64,000 bases of DNA, from the NCBI GenBank assembly GCA_963675495.1, contig OY776215.1, forward strand, positions 1,248,001-1,312,000, written 5' to 3'. This DNA comes from an uncultured Methanolobus sp. (GTDB lineage Archaea > Halobacteriota > Methanosarcinia > Methanosarcinales > Methanosarcinaceae). Shown in pieces: positions 38,500 through 47,726 of the stretch. The first letter of the stretch is position 1. Every line of letters starts with the position of its first letter. The notes below the pieces were generated by a model. That model saw nothing but the letters and a program-made list of their open reading frames with translations, was not told the DNA's origin and did no database searches. A program made the position numbers and the translations under genes.

Positions 38500-39657
38500 A
38501 TGCGATATGAATTATTCATTGCACTGCGCCATATAAAAGCAAGAAAAAGACAGACAATCCTCTCAGTTGCAGCCATCGGGATAGCAGTTATGATCCTGAT
38601 GGTATCCCAATCATTCATGGCAGGATTTACTCAGGAACTTTACAGTAAGACGGTCAATAACCTGCCTCATGTTGTAGTTTCACCTGAAGACGGAGAGGAC
38701 TACATCTATCTCTACAAGAACATTGTCGAAAAGATAAATGGTATCGATGGTGTTGTTGCCTCCTCGCCATACCTAATAGGAGAGGCTTCTTTCAAATTCA
38801 AGGACAACACAAAGAACGCTGCCATGAAGGGAATAATTCCATCGCAGGAAGATGCGGTTGCCCATACAAAAAAAGATATTATAAAAGGGAACTTCGATGA
38901 ACTCACATATTCCGATAAGAGTATCATTATCGGAGACACCTTTGCAGAAGATATGGAGCTGGACATTGGAGACAGCGTGGAAGTATCATTCCCCAATGCA
39001 AAACCGGTTTCATTGAGAGTTATAGCCATCTATGATACCGGAACGTCACTGGATGAAAGCCTGACATATATTTCACTTAAGGCAGCACAGGATTTTTACG
39101 ACATTCAGGATGTTATAAACGGCATATCTCTGAGGTTGGAAGATTTCAACAGAGACAGGGAAATAGCACAGATAATCGAAGATAATGGTTACAATGCTGA
39201 CGGATGGACTGTGAACAACCCGGAAATATTGAGAACCATTGCTATTGAAACCGTATCTAACAATGTGACACTGGGATTCATTCTCCTTATAGCCTCTTTT
39301 GGAGTTGTAAGCACATTGAACATGGTCGTAATGGGAAAAGTGAAAGAGATAGGAATATTGCTGGCAATGGGTGCCACAAAATCCAATATCAGATTCATAT
39401 TCCTGGTTGAAAGCGGAATACTTGGCCTTGCAGGAGCGGTTTTTGGAACAGCGGCAGGAGTTGCACTGGCACTATCGATTGGAAGTTATCCACTTCCCGA
39501 AGGTATATACGGCCTGGACTCCATACCAGTGGTTGTAAGGATCAAGGATGTACTTACGATAATCACAATTGTATTTTTGCTGAACCTCATAGCAGGTATC
39601 TATCCCGCACAACGGGCGGCCAGTCTTGATCCGGTTGAAGCTATATCCACAAGATGA
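38500..39657 (+). CDS. LolC/LolE-like ABC permease
   Basis: MRYELFIALRHI; SFMAGF.QEL; PHVVV; LNMVV..KVKEIGILLAMGA; YPAQRAASLDPVEAI. Confidence 0.88.
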   Translation: MRYELFIALRHIKARKRQTILSVAAIGIAVMILMVSQSFMAGFTQELYSKTVNNLPHVVVSPEDGEDYIYLYKNIVEKINGIDGVVASSPYLIGEASFKFKDNTKNAAMKGIIPSQEDAVAHTKKDIIKGNFDELTYSDKSIIIGDTFAEDMELDIGDSVEVSFPNAKPVSLRVIAIYDTGTSLDESLTYISLKAAQDFYDIQDVINGISLRLEDFNRDREIAQIIEDNGYNADGWTVNNPEILRTIAIETVSNNVTLGFILLIASFGVVSTLNMVVMGKVKEIGILLAMGATKSNIRFIFLVESGILGLAGAVFGTAAGVALALSIGSYPLPEGIYGLDSIPVVVRIKDVLTIITIVFLLNLIAGIYPAQRAASLDPVEAISTR

Positions 39658-39684
39658 ATGAAACAAATGTTGTTCATATCAAGG

Positions 39685-40101
39685 TCATTTTTCCGGTTTA
39701 CCGTTGTACCAGATGATTCCCTTGAATCTGCAAACTGACATCTTTTTTTTGAGAATAAGATAGTACATTATTTTGAATGTCGCATAGAGATGAAAATAAA
39801 AGTAGAACACTGGTTTTGAGAAGAAACCTTCTACGTAGATGATCTCTTTGTTATCCTCAAGAGAATCATCAATGAAATTGACAACACCATCTGTATGCTC
39901 CACTTCAAAAACTGCACCCTGTTGCATTCGGGGACCTATCACCATCACATCTTTTTCCATACCATCGTCAGCAATACTCCCTTCAATAAAACCATAGTTG
40001 AATATTGTCGGTATAGGTGACAGGAATTCTTTGACGAACTGTGATCCTTTTTTATTATATTTAAAAAAACTGTATTTCGGCGTCTCGATCACAATCCTCA
40101 T
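39685..40101 (-). CDS. Short family-I inorganic pyrophosphatase-like protein
   Basis: IVIETPK.S..KY; NYGFI; DDGMEKD in place of the DGDPxD motif; DDSLEDNK. Confidence 0.65.
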   Translation of the reverse strand: MRIVIETPKYSFFKYNKKGSQFVKEFLSPIPTIFNYGFIEGSIADDGMEKDVMVIGPRMQQGAVFEVEHTDGVVNFIDDSLEDNKEIIYVEGFFSKPVFYFYFHLYATFKIMYYLILKKKMSVCRFKGIIWYNGKPEK

Positions 40102-40123
40102 GCAACGTTATTGGCACGCTTTA

Positions 40124-40230
40124 TAAAAAAACATAGGGGATGCGAACGGGCAAAGGGGGTGGGTTGAATGCACATGTATGGTGGTATTGGAGTGCTTTGG
40201 ATTGTTACTAAGTAAAAACCCGTTCGCAAT
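40124..40230 (-). ncRNA. Candidate ~105-nt sRNA with a closing stem and a C-rich loop
   Basis: BRE/TATA (GAAAGG-TATATATT, 40263-40250) upstream; 10-bp terminal IR TGCGAACGGG/CCCGTTCGCA; oligo-T end at about 40124-40131. Confidence 0.5.
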
Positions 40231-40312
40231 TACACAAACGGCTTTTTTGAATATATACCTTTCGCATGTGCACGAACAAACTCCCATTCTTTAGTTAGAA
40301 AGACAAAAACAA

Positions 40313-41482
40313 TCATGCACTTTCAATGGCTTCCACTGGATCAAGTGCAGCCGCACGCCTTGCAGGATAGACGCCTGCAACTATGTTGATGATAAAGGAA
40401 AATACAATTGCATAAGCATAGTTCATAATATCGGTCTTAAGCGGAAGGGTTGTCAAACCAAAGTACATCTCCTGGGGAAGATCGATCTGATATGAGGATA
40501 ATGCAGTTGAGCCTAAATAACCCATCAAGCATCCAAGCAATACACCCATTGTGCCCAGTATGAGCGACTCAAGAAGGAATATCATTGTGATATTTCTCTT
40601 GGAAGCACCCATTGCAATTAACATCCCAATCTCACTTTTCTTGTCCATGACAACTGTAAAAAGAGTATTAGCAATACCAAAACCTGCTATCATGTATATC
40701 AAACCATAGTATATCCAGACGATCAATACCTGCGTATTGAGCAGGTCAAGGATCTCTTTGTTAGCCTCTATCCAGCTTAAAGCATCAAGCCCTGTATCCT
40801 GTTCGATAGAAGTCCCAATTACATCCGCCTGAAAAGGATCGACCACCCTTATATTGATCTTGCTTGCGACACCATTCTCATCAAAAAAATCCAGGGCGGA
40901 GTCAAAGCGAATGTAAGCAACGCTTTCGTCATTCGGTGTTCCACTGTGAAATATACCAATTACCTTGTAGGACGAAGCTCCAAAACCTGGCATGACAATA
41001 TCAACATTTTGTCCTGTGACAACTTCAAGATCATCTGCGAGCTTGTCACCAATAACGATACCGTTGTTGCTCCGACTAAGAGTAAAGAGGTCACCTGAGA
41101 CAATGTCATCGGATATGCGCATAACAGCATCTTCTGCAATTGGATCGATCCCATTGAGATTGATTCCTTCTGCATTATCCCTGTAGCTTATGGCAGCCTG
41201 TCCAATGAACACAGGTGACACCGCTTCAATACCATCCATAACGGCTATCTGCTCAGAGTAATAATTGTAGAAATGAACATAATCCTCTTTCTGATCTGCT
41301 GAGCTCACAACAATATGCGGAGAATTCTCCACGGTGGTGGATATCAGCTCTTCAGTGAACCCGGTCATCATGGACATAAGAACAACAATAACTGCAATAG
41401 CCAGAGCTACCGCAAACACTGCAAAGAAAGTAAGACGCTTGCGTGCACTTATGTGCCTCAGGGCTATCCTAAGTTCATACAT
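40313..41482 (-). CDS. LolC/LolE-like ABC permease
   Basis: MYELRIALRHI; SMMTGFTEEL; SPHIVV; DKKSEIGMLIAMGA; YPARRAAALDPVEAI. Confidence 0.88.
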   Translation of the reverse strand: MYELRIALRHISARKRLTFFAVFAVALAIAVIVVLMSMMTGFTEELISTTVENSPHIVVSSADQKEDYVHFYNYYSEQIAVMDGIEAVSPVFIGQAAISYRDNAEGINLNGIDPIAEDAVMRISDDIVSGDLFTLSRSNNGIVIGDKLADDLEVVTGQNVDIVMPGFGASSYKVIGIFHSGTPNDESVAYIRFDSALDFFDENGVASKINIRVVDPFQADVIGTSIEQDTGLDALSWIEANKEILDLLNTQVLIVWIYYGLIYMIAGFGIANTLFTVVMDKKSEIGMLIAMGASKRNITMIFLLESLILGTMGVLLGCLMGYLGSTALSSYQIDLPQEMYFGLTTLPLKTDIMNYAYAIVFSFIINIVAGVYPARRAAALDPVEAIESA

Positions 41483-41771
41483 GAATCGGCTACCTGTGTG
41501 GAAGAGATTTGACTGTTACAATATAACTATTCCGTGAATATACAAAAGAATAACCCGGCAGATAGTTCTGTAGGTAAACAGGCGTTGTACAAATCCTCCT
41601 CTAGTTGGCGATAAAAGTGATGGTATCAAGGTGTCAGAGAAATACCACTCCACGCCTCCAGCTGTTTGCTTGGTGTCGCGAAAGAAGTATCTGGTGATAG
41701 TGTAAGCACATGAAACTCTATTATTCTGAATTGTGGAATACTGGAATTCACAAATCCGGATAATCCATATA

Positions 41772-41798
41772 TAGTATACTACACTATACTATAGTATA
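41772..41798 (+). promoter_or_regulatory. Palindromic autoregulatory operator of the TA module
   Basis: Perfect palindromes TAGTATACTA (41772-41781) and TATACTATAGTATA (41785-41798), the second abutting the antitoxin ATG. Confidence 0.6.
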
Positions 41799-42034
41799 TG
41801 GCTACCGCTACAACTATAAAAATTGACCCCGGGCTGAAGGATAACCTTGATAAGTTGAAGTTATTCCCCAGGGAAACATATAATGAAGTGGTTTCCCGCC
41901 TTGTGGATATGGCATATGACCAGGAGCCGCTGAGCGATGAGACGATCAACAGGATCGAAGAAGCACTGGAAGACTTCAAACGTGGTAGATATTACACTCA
42001 GGAAGAAGTAGAGGCTGAACTGGGGCTTCGGTAA
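41798..42034 (+). CDS. Antitoxin (RHH-like N-terminus, acidic C-terminus)
   Basis: TTIKID..LK..L..LK..PRETYNEVV.RL; EEALEDFKRGR.YT.EEV; overlaps the toxin start (TAATG). Confidence 0.85.
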   Translation: MATATTIKIDPGLKDNLDKLKLFPRETYNEVVSRLVDMAYDQEPLSDETINRIEEALEDFKRGRYYTQEEVEAELGLR

Positions 42035-42297
42035 TGTACTCAATCCTCTATTCGCCTGCTGCGTTGAAAGACCTTAAAAATCTCCCCATAGATATTGCGC
42101 AAAAAGTGGTTAAATCTATCAAAGGCATTGGTGACAATCCAAAGGTGCATGTTAAAAAACTCAAAGGATCTCCGAAGTCTCCACTTTATTCATTAAGAGT
42201 GGGTGAATATCGTGTTATCATGAGTATTGAAGGCGAAAAGCTGGTTATATTTGTTATTGAAGTAGGGTATAGGAGCAAGATATATCGAAAGTATTGA
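42034..42297 (+). CDS. RelE/ParE family type II toxin
   Basis: YS..YS..A.KDLK.L; KKLKG...YSLRVGEYRVI; VIEVG.RS.IY. Confidence 0.9.
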   Translation: MYSILYSPAALKDLKNLPIDIAQKVVKSIKGIGDNPKVHVKKLKGSPKSPLYSLRVGEYRVIMSIEGEKLVIFVIEVGYRSKIYRKY

Positions 42298-42424
42298 GTG
42301 GAAAATAGCTTTGTATAAAAACTACCGCAATATCGGCCGTATGTCCACTCGGATCAGTATACTTCACCGGATTGTCCAGCGCATGAGCGTGCCTGTTCAA
42401 CGCCTGCAAATTGTATATGCCCAT
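42254..42424 (-). pseudogene. Decayed RHS-repeat-associated core fragment
   Basis: Manual translation MGIYNLQALNRHAHALDNPVKYTDPSGH..., matching the Rhs end-of-core signature N.Y.Y..NNP..Y.DP.G. Confidence 0.7.
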
Positions 42425-42526
42425 TGGGGAGTTCTCCTAACTCCGTTCAAGCCCATCATGCAATAATTAGATGAAGCAGTAGTGATGCTTTTGAAATATG
42501 CCATACTTTCAAATCCCCATCACTAA

Positions 42527-43153
42527 TTATTGATGTGAAAGTGCAAGCTCCACAGCAATAAATGAGTATATGCCAGCCTTGATCCAGTTTATATGTTTAC
42601 CCATATTCGGCCTTTCCATAATTTTGATGCCAATAAAACCTGCAAAGAACGATACAATGAAGAAGACCACCAGAGCCTGGACAAGGAATACAGCCCCAAG
42701 GAAGATCATCTGTGTTGGAACACTTCCAGCATTTGCATTCACGAACTGGGGCAGGAATGCCAGGAAGAATAAGGAAACTTTGGGATTCAGCAGGTTCATG
42801 AAGATGCCTCTTTTGTAAAGGAGGGAATGATCGGTCTCTTTTACACTCTCCATAGAGGTAAAGCCACCTTCTTCGCGAATTGCTTTGTAAGCAAGGTACA
42901 GAAGATAGATCGCTCCTGCATATTTCAGTATTGAAAAAGCAACTGCAGAACTGTACAATATTGCAGAAACACCCAATGCTGCTGCCGTTGTGTGGAACAA
43001 CAACCCGGTACACAGACCTGATGCAGTTGACATTCCGGCTGTCTTTCCCTGGGATATGCTCATCGTAAGAACAAAAATGATATCAGGACCAGGTAACAGA
43101 GTGAGAGCTACCGAGGCTGCGATGAAGTAGAGGAGTTGTGTTGGTTCTATCAA
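42527..43153 (-). CDS. LysE/RhtB family translocator
   Basis: LLPGPD; GL.FHT.AAALG; LKYAGA.YL.YLA; GIFMNLLNPKV.LFF.AFLPQFV. Confidence 0.92.
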   Translation of the reverse strand: MIEPTQLLYFIAASVALTLLPGPDIIFVLTMSISQGKTAGMSTASGLCTGLLFHTTAAALGVSAILYSSAVAFSILKYAGAIYLLYLAYKAIREEGGFTSMESVKETDHSLLYKRGIFMNLLNPKVSLFFLAFLPQFVNANAGSVPTQMIFLGAVFLVQALVVFFIVSFFAGFIGIKIMERPNMGKHINWIKAGIYSFIAVELALSHQ

Positions 43154-43290
43154 TTATTCACCCTTTTTCCGGGAAAATCAGGAATATAACATTAAATTTC
43201 TGATGATTGCATATATGAAGACAGAATTCTATAAATAAATCTTCCTATTATGAACTATCCAGATACAACAATATCCGCGGAGGAGTTTTT

Positions 43291-44541
43291 ATCAAAATAC
43301 AGATACCTTATGGAAAAGAATTTGTTGACCTTGATGTGGAAATTCCTCATGAGGTCATTGCACCTAACCATGTCGAAGTTGGAGATGAATCTGACATTAT
43401 CACTGAGTCTTTGAATGAACCTGTTGGAATGGACTCACTTGAGGATTTCATGAAAAACAGTGATAAGCTCCTGATACTTGTAAACGATGCAACCAGACCG
43501 ACACCAACAGCGAAGGTGCTTGCTGAGATGCGTGATGCTCTCAGGAACCACAATGATGTAAGGTTTCTTGTTGCAACCGGCGCACACAGGGGACCAACAG
43601 AAGATGAGTTCAGGTATATCTTCGGGGAAATATATGATGAGTTCAAGGACAGGATATTCGTCCACGATGCACGCAGGGATGAGGATATGGAATACCTTGG
43701 TGTTTCAACCAACGGCACTGAGATGTATCTCAACAAGATGGTGAATGAAAGCAAGAACATCATTGTGATCGGAAGTGTGGAACCTCACTATTTTGCAGGT
43801 TACACCGGAGGAAGAAAAGCATTCCTTCCAGGTGTTGCAGCATACAAAACAATCGAGATGAACCACAAACATGCACTCTCAGATGCTGCACAACCCCTTG
43901 CCATCAAGGGAAATCCTGTTGCAGAGGACATGGAAGATGCAATGAAAGTACTAAAGGACCTGAACGTATTCTCCATACAGACCGTCCTGACAGCAGACCA
44001 CGGATTGTACGCCATGATCTCAGGCGATCTTTTTGAGTCATTCGATATTGCAGTTGAAAAAGCAAATGAAGTATTCTGTTCAAAATGCACCCGCAAAGGA
44101 AACATCGTACTTACCGCTGCACCTTATCCAATGGATATCGACCTCTACCAGTCCCAGAAAGCGCTTGAGAACGGAAAACTTGCGCTGGAGGAAGGAGGGG
44201 TCATCATCCTGGTATCCAAATGCAGGGATGGTGTAGGAGATGACACGTTCCTGAACCTGCTCTGCTCTGCAAATACATGTGAAGATGTAATGTGCAAGAT
44301 AGATGAAGGATACAAACTGGGATACCATAAAGCAGCCAAGATGGCACAGATAGGTGTCTATGCAGAAATGTGGGCAATATCAGACCTGCACCATGATACG
44401 ATTAAAATGGCAAAGCTGGAGCCATGCATGGATATACAGAAAACCTTAGACAGAGCCATATCAAAAGTAAAAGAACAGGGAAAGGAACCTTATGCGGTAA
44501 TCCTTCCGCAGGGAAGCCTGACCGTTCCATTGCTCGAATGA
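43291..44541 (+). CDS. larA: Nickel-pincer-dependent lactate racemase (LarA) family protein
   Basis: DATRPTP, ATGAHR, EPHYFAGYTGGRK, DLYQSQKAL. Frame extended to ATC 43291 (IKIQIPYGKE, RBS GGAGGAG); ORF track 43336. Confidence 0.85.
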   Translation: MKIQIPYGKEFVDLDVEIPHEVIAPNHVEVGDESDIITESLNEPVGMDSLEDFMKNSDKLLILVNDATRPTPTAKVLAEMRDALRNHNDVRFLVATGAHRGPTEDEFRYIFGEIYDEFKDRIFVHDARRDEDMEYLGVSTNGTEMYLNKMVNESKNIIVIGSVEPHYFAGYTGGRKAFLPGVAAYKTIEMNHKHALSDAAQPLAIKGNPVAEDMEDAMKVLKDLNVFSIQTVLTADHGLYAMISGDLFESFDIAVEKANEVFCSKCTRKGNIVLTAAPYPMDIDLYQSQKALENGKLALEEGGVIILVSKCRDGVGDDTFLNLLCSANTCEDVMCKIDEGYKLGYHKAAKMAQIGVYAEMWAISDLHHDTIKMAKLEPCMDIQKTLDRAISKVKEQGKEPYAVILPQGSLTVPLLE

Positions 44542-44603
44542 AAACGAAATATAAATTTGAGTGAAAATAAAAAGAATTTAGCAAATTAAAGCTGATTTCA
44601 GCT

Positions 44604-45878
44604 TTAAATTTGCATGTAACGTGCTGCTTCACCCAGGTCTTCTTCAATTCTGAGAAGCTGGTTGTATTTTCCAGTACGCTCACTTCTTGCAGGTGCTCCG
44701 GTTTTGATGAGGTCGGCACCAATTGCTACTGAAATATCAGCAATTGTTGTGTCCTCGGTCTCTGCGGAACGGTGGCTCACTACAACACTGTATCCATTGC
44801 GGTTTGCCATGTTAGCTGCATCGAATGACTCAGACAAGGAGCCTATCTGATTCACTTTCAAAAGCAGTGAATTTGCGGCACCCATTTCCACACCTCTTGC
44901 CAGACGTTCAACGTTTGTCACAAAAAGGTCATCACCTACGATGAAAGTATCCCATGCATCATTTGTTAAGGATGCGAAGTCTTCAAATGACTCCTCATGG
45001 AATGGGTCCTCAATAAGTATGATAGGATATGTTTCTATAAGCTCAAGGTAATAGTCAACGAGTTCAGCAGGTTTTAGCATTTTCCCGTCAATGGAATAAT
45101 TAGTTCCATCGAAGAACTCTGATGCTGCTGCATCAAGACCAATGCTTATCTCAGATTCCGTATATCCTGCTTCTTCAATTGCGCTCACAAGAGCATCAAG
45201 GGCATCAGCAGTCATTTCAATGGATGGTGCATAACCACCTTCATAGCCTACATTTGTTGCTGAAGCACCGTACTTTGATTCAAGTATCTTGGCAAGTGCA
45301 TGATATGTTTCAGTACCCATACGCAGAGCTTCAGAATAAGATTCTGCACCTTTTGGCTGAATCATGAATTCCTGAATGGAAAGATCGTTACCTGCGTGTT
45401 TTCCACCGTTAAGCACGTTCATTGTCGGAACAGGAAGTGTATAGGCATTAATTCCACCAAGGTAGCGGTAAAGTGGCATGTTCATGGAATCAGCTGCTGC
45501 TCTGGCAACTGCCATGGAAACACCAAGAATAGAGTTTGCACCAAGTTCCATCTTGTTCTCAGTACCATCCAATGCCAGCATCAGACCATCGATCTCACGC
45601 TGCTTTCTGACGTCCATGCCCAATATTTCGGCTTCTATGGTCGTGTTCACATTGTCAATTGCATCAAGAACACCTTTTCCCCTGTAACGGTCTTCTTTGT
45701 CGCGCAACTCAAGTGCTTCATTGCTTCCTGTAGATGCACCGGAAGGAACACTAGCCCTGCCAAATCCACATGAAGTATAGACATCTACTTCAACTGTAGG
45801 GTTTCCTCGGGAGTCCAGAATCTCACGTGCATGAATCTTTCTTATTTTGTAATTGCTGTCATCATCAATATACGGCAT
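44604..45878 (-). CDS. eno: Enolase
   Basis: AREILDSRGNPTVEV, VPSGASTG, LLKVNQIG, SHRS, IKTGAP.RSER..KYNQLLRIEE; start set at ATG 45878. Confidence 0.96.
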   Translation of the reverse strand: MPYIDDDSNYKIRKIHAREILDSRGNPTVEVDVYTSCGFGRASVPSGASTGSNEALELRDKEDRYRGKGVLDAIDNVNTTIEAEILGMDVRKQREIDGLMLALDGTENKMELGANSILGVSMAVARAAADSMNMPLYRYLGGINAYTLPVPTMNVLNGGKHAGNDLSIQEFMIQPKGAESYSEALRMGTETYHALAKILESKYGASATNVGYEGGYAPSIEMTADALDALVSAIEEAGYTESEISIGLDAAASEFFDGTNYSIDGKMLKPAELVDYYLELIETYPIILIEDPFHEESFEDFASLTNDAWDTFIVGDDLFVTNVERLARGVEMGAANSLLLKVNQIGSLSESFDAANMANRNGYSVVVSHRSAETEDTTIADISVAIGADLIKTGAPARSERTGKYNQLLRIEEDLGEAARYMQI

Positions 45879-46034
45879 CCTATTCCACCTTTGTCTTATT
45901 ATAACACCTACTTTGCAATTACCGTATATATTGTTACCGTTCATTTCTTTTATTCAAATAAATTAGTTAAATTAAATTAAACCGCAATTATATATACATA
46001 AATTATATAAACTTAAAAGTATTATTAGTAACGA

Positions 46035-46418
46035 ATGAAAACTGGAGATATTGACCTTTTAGATGGGAAAGGTTATGAAATAATCGAACTTTTGCAAGGT
46101 CTGGAGGTACCCAGAACCGAAGCAATATCTATTGCCTGCCTGGTATGCGCAGATGAATTGACATCCCAGAACATTGAACAGGCATCAGGGTTAAGACAAC
46201 CGGAAGTAAGTATCGCTATGCGTCCATTGAGGGAAAGAGGATGGATAGATGAAAGGAACGAAAAAAAGAATACAGACAAAGGAAGACCTGTAAAATATTA
46301 CAAACTTGTTGTGCCATTTGAAGATATTGTGAAGACATTTGAGTCTAAAGCCCTTAAAAGGAATCTGGAAATGATCGATGCCCTCGAGCAACTCAAGGGA
46401 CTTAGTAATAATGGTTAA
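46035..46418 (+). CDS. ArsR-like transcriptional regulator (COG4738 type)
   Basis: TS..IE..SGLRQPEVSIAM..LRERGWI; KGRPVK.Y.L. Confidence 0.85.
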   Translation: MKTGDIDLLDGKGYEIIELLQGLEVPRTEAISIACLVCADELTSQNIEQASGLRQPEVSIAMRPLRERGWIDERNEKKNTDKGRPVKYYKLVVPFEDIVKTFESKALKRNLEMIDALEQLKGLSNNG

Positions 46419-46427
46419 TTGGGTTTA

Positions 46428-46871
46428 TTATTCATCCGAAAATGTTACAGGGGCAAAACCTCTTTTCGGATCAAATACCCTGTTAGCTGATATTCCTGAT
46501 ATTTCCATGATAAATATCTCTACAACCATGAATACTTCACTTTCTCTCCGCAAGCAACCTGTTTTAACAGATTCACCCCTTCCTGCAGCTGCATGAAGGT
46601 GTATCTTTGGCTTGCCATCCTCCCGGAATATATTGCCAATACCTATTAGCTCATGGGCATCACTGAATTTTGCCCATTGTGGATCAGGAGGAACATCATT
46701 TGTCTTGGGACCTACAACAAGGCTTGCTTCTTTTACAGCCCCAAGCATCATGAACATCGCAGACCTGATATCTTCTGTGACAGCCAGACCTTCAAGTTCG
46801 CAGAGAATATCGTCCCCCTGGTCCAGACGAACTGTAAATACCCTTCCGATGTTTCCTATTTTATATTCCAT
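46428..46871 (-). CDS. PPC domain (DUF296) protein
   Basis: RLDQGDD; GA...A; EL.GIGNI; P.IHLH; MVVEI. Confidence 0.85.
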   Translation of the reverse strand: MEYKIGNIGRVFTVRLDQGDDILCELEGLAVTEDIRSAMFMMLGAVKEASLVVGPKTNDVPPDPQWAKFSDAHELIGIGNIFREDGKPKIHLHAAAGRGESVKTGCLRRESEVFMVVEIFIMEISGISANRVFDPKRGFAPVTFSDE

Positions 46872-46875
46872 GAAT

Positions 46876-47577
46876 TCACCTTTCTACTGAACCTCCCGAT
46901 ATCCTACCATCAACGATCCTGATGATACGATCGGTCTTTTTGGACATTTCTTCATCATGAGTAACAAGAATAAAGGTCTGTCCCCTGTCACGATTGAGTT
47001 TTCGCAGCAGGTCATAGATCATGTCGCTTGCCTTCGTATCAAGATTACCGGTAGGTTCATCGCCTATAACTATACCGGGATCGTTAGCAAGAGCGCGGGC
47101 AATGGCAACTCTCTGGGCCTGGCCACCTGAGAGCTGACTTGGGCGGTGTTCCATACGATCACCCAGACCAACCTCTTCAAGTAAAGCAGAAGCTTTCCTT
47201 TTTGCATCTTTGTTTTTCATTCCACCTATCAAAAGAGGCATCATAACATTCTCAAGAGCATTGAAATCAGGCATTAGATGATGATACTGGAAAATAAAAC
47301 CTAATACTTCATTACGTACTTTGGACCTCTCTTTTTCTGACATCTCGGTAATTACCCTTCCATCTATGGAGATCCTACCGGAAGTCGGAGTATCAAGGAT
47401 ACCTATCATGTGCAAAAGAGTACTTTTTCCAGACCCGGATGGACCAATAATAGAAAGGAACTCACCTCTTTTGATATCAAGATCCACGTCATCAAGAGCA
47501 TGAACTTCAACCCCATTCACGTATATCTTGGAAAGTCCACGTATCTGAATAATATCTGACCTGTTATCATCAGCCAA
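46876..47577 (-). CDS. LolD-like ABC ATPase
   Basis: GPSGSGKSTLLH..G.LD.PT; GFIFQYHHL.PDF.ALENV.MPL (LolD-like); LSGGQ; DEPTGNLD. Confidence 0.9.
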   Translation of the reverse strand: MADDNRSDIIQIRGLSKIYVNGVEVHALDDVDLDIKRGEFLSIIGPSGSGKSTLLHMIGILDTPTSGRISIDGRVITEMSEKERSKVRNEVLGFIFQYHHLMPDFNALENVMMPLLIGGMKNKDAKRKASALLEEVGLGDRMEHRPSQLSGGQAQRVAIARALANDPGIVIGDEPTGNLDTKASDMIYDLLRKLNRDRGQTFILVTHDEEMSKKTDRIIRIVDGRISGGSVER

Positions 47578-47726
47578 AATAAAAACCTCTGGTACGTTTA
47601 TTGAGGTTTAGACTATTTCAATGTATTTAATTTATGAGAGTGGATGGCAAAGACATATCTGTCCTATGAATTGTAAAAAATAGATATGAAAGGAAAGTCA
47701 AAATAAAAAATAACGGAAAAAGGATT

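Noticed and set aside
41520-41760. Open frames in the gap between the LolE-like permease and the TA module
   Set aside because: No start with RBS and no recognisable family in manual translation; may be decayed DNA but cannot be supported
18486-42517. TTCAAATCCC occurs in the tRNA T-arm (18486) and again at 42508, suggesting attL/attR of a 24-kb island
   Set aside because: Only 10 bp match and it does not extend into the acceptor stem; there is no integrase; the intervening genes look like native Methanosarcinaceae genes; compatible with chance
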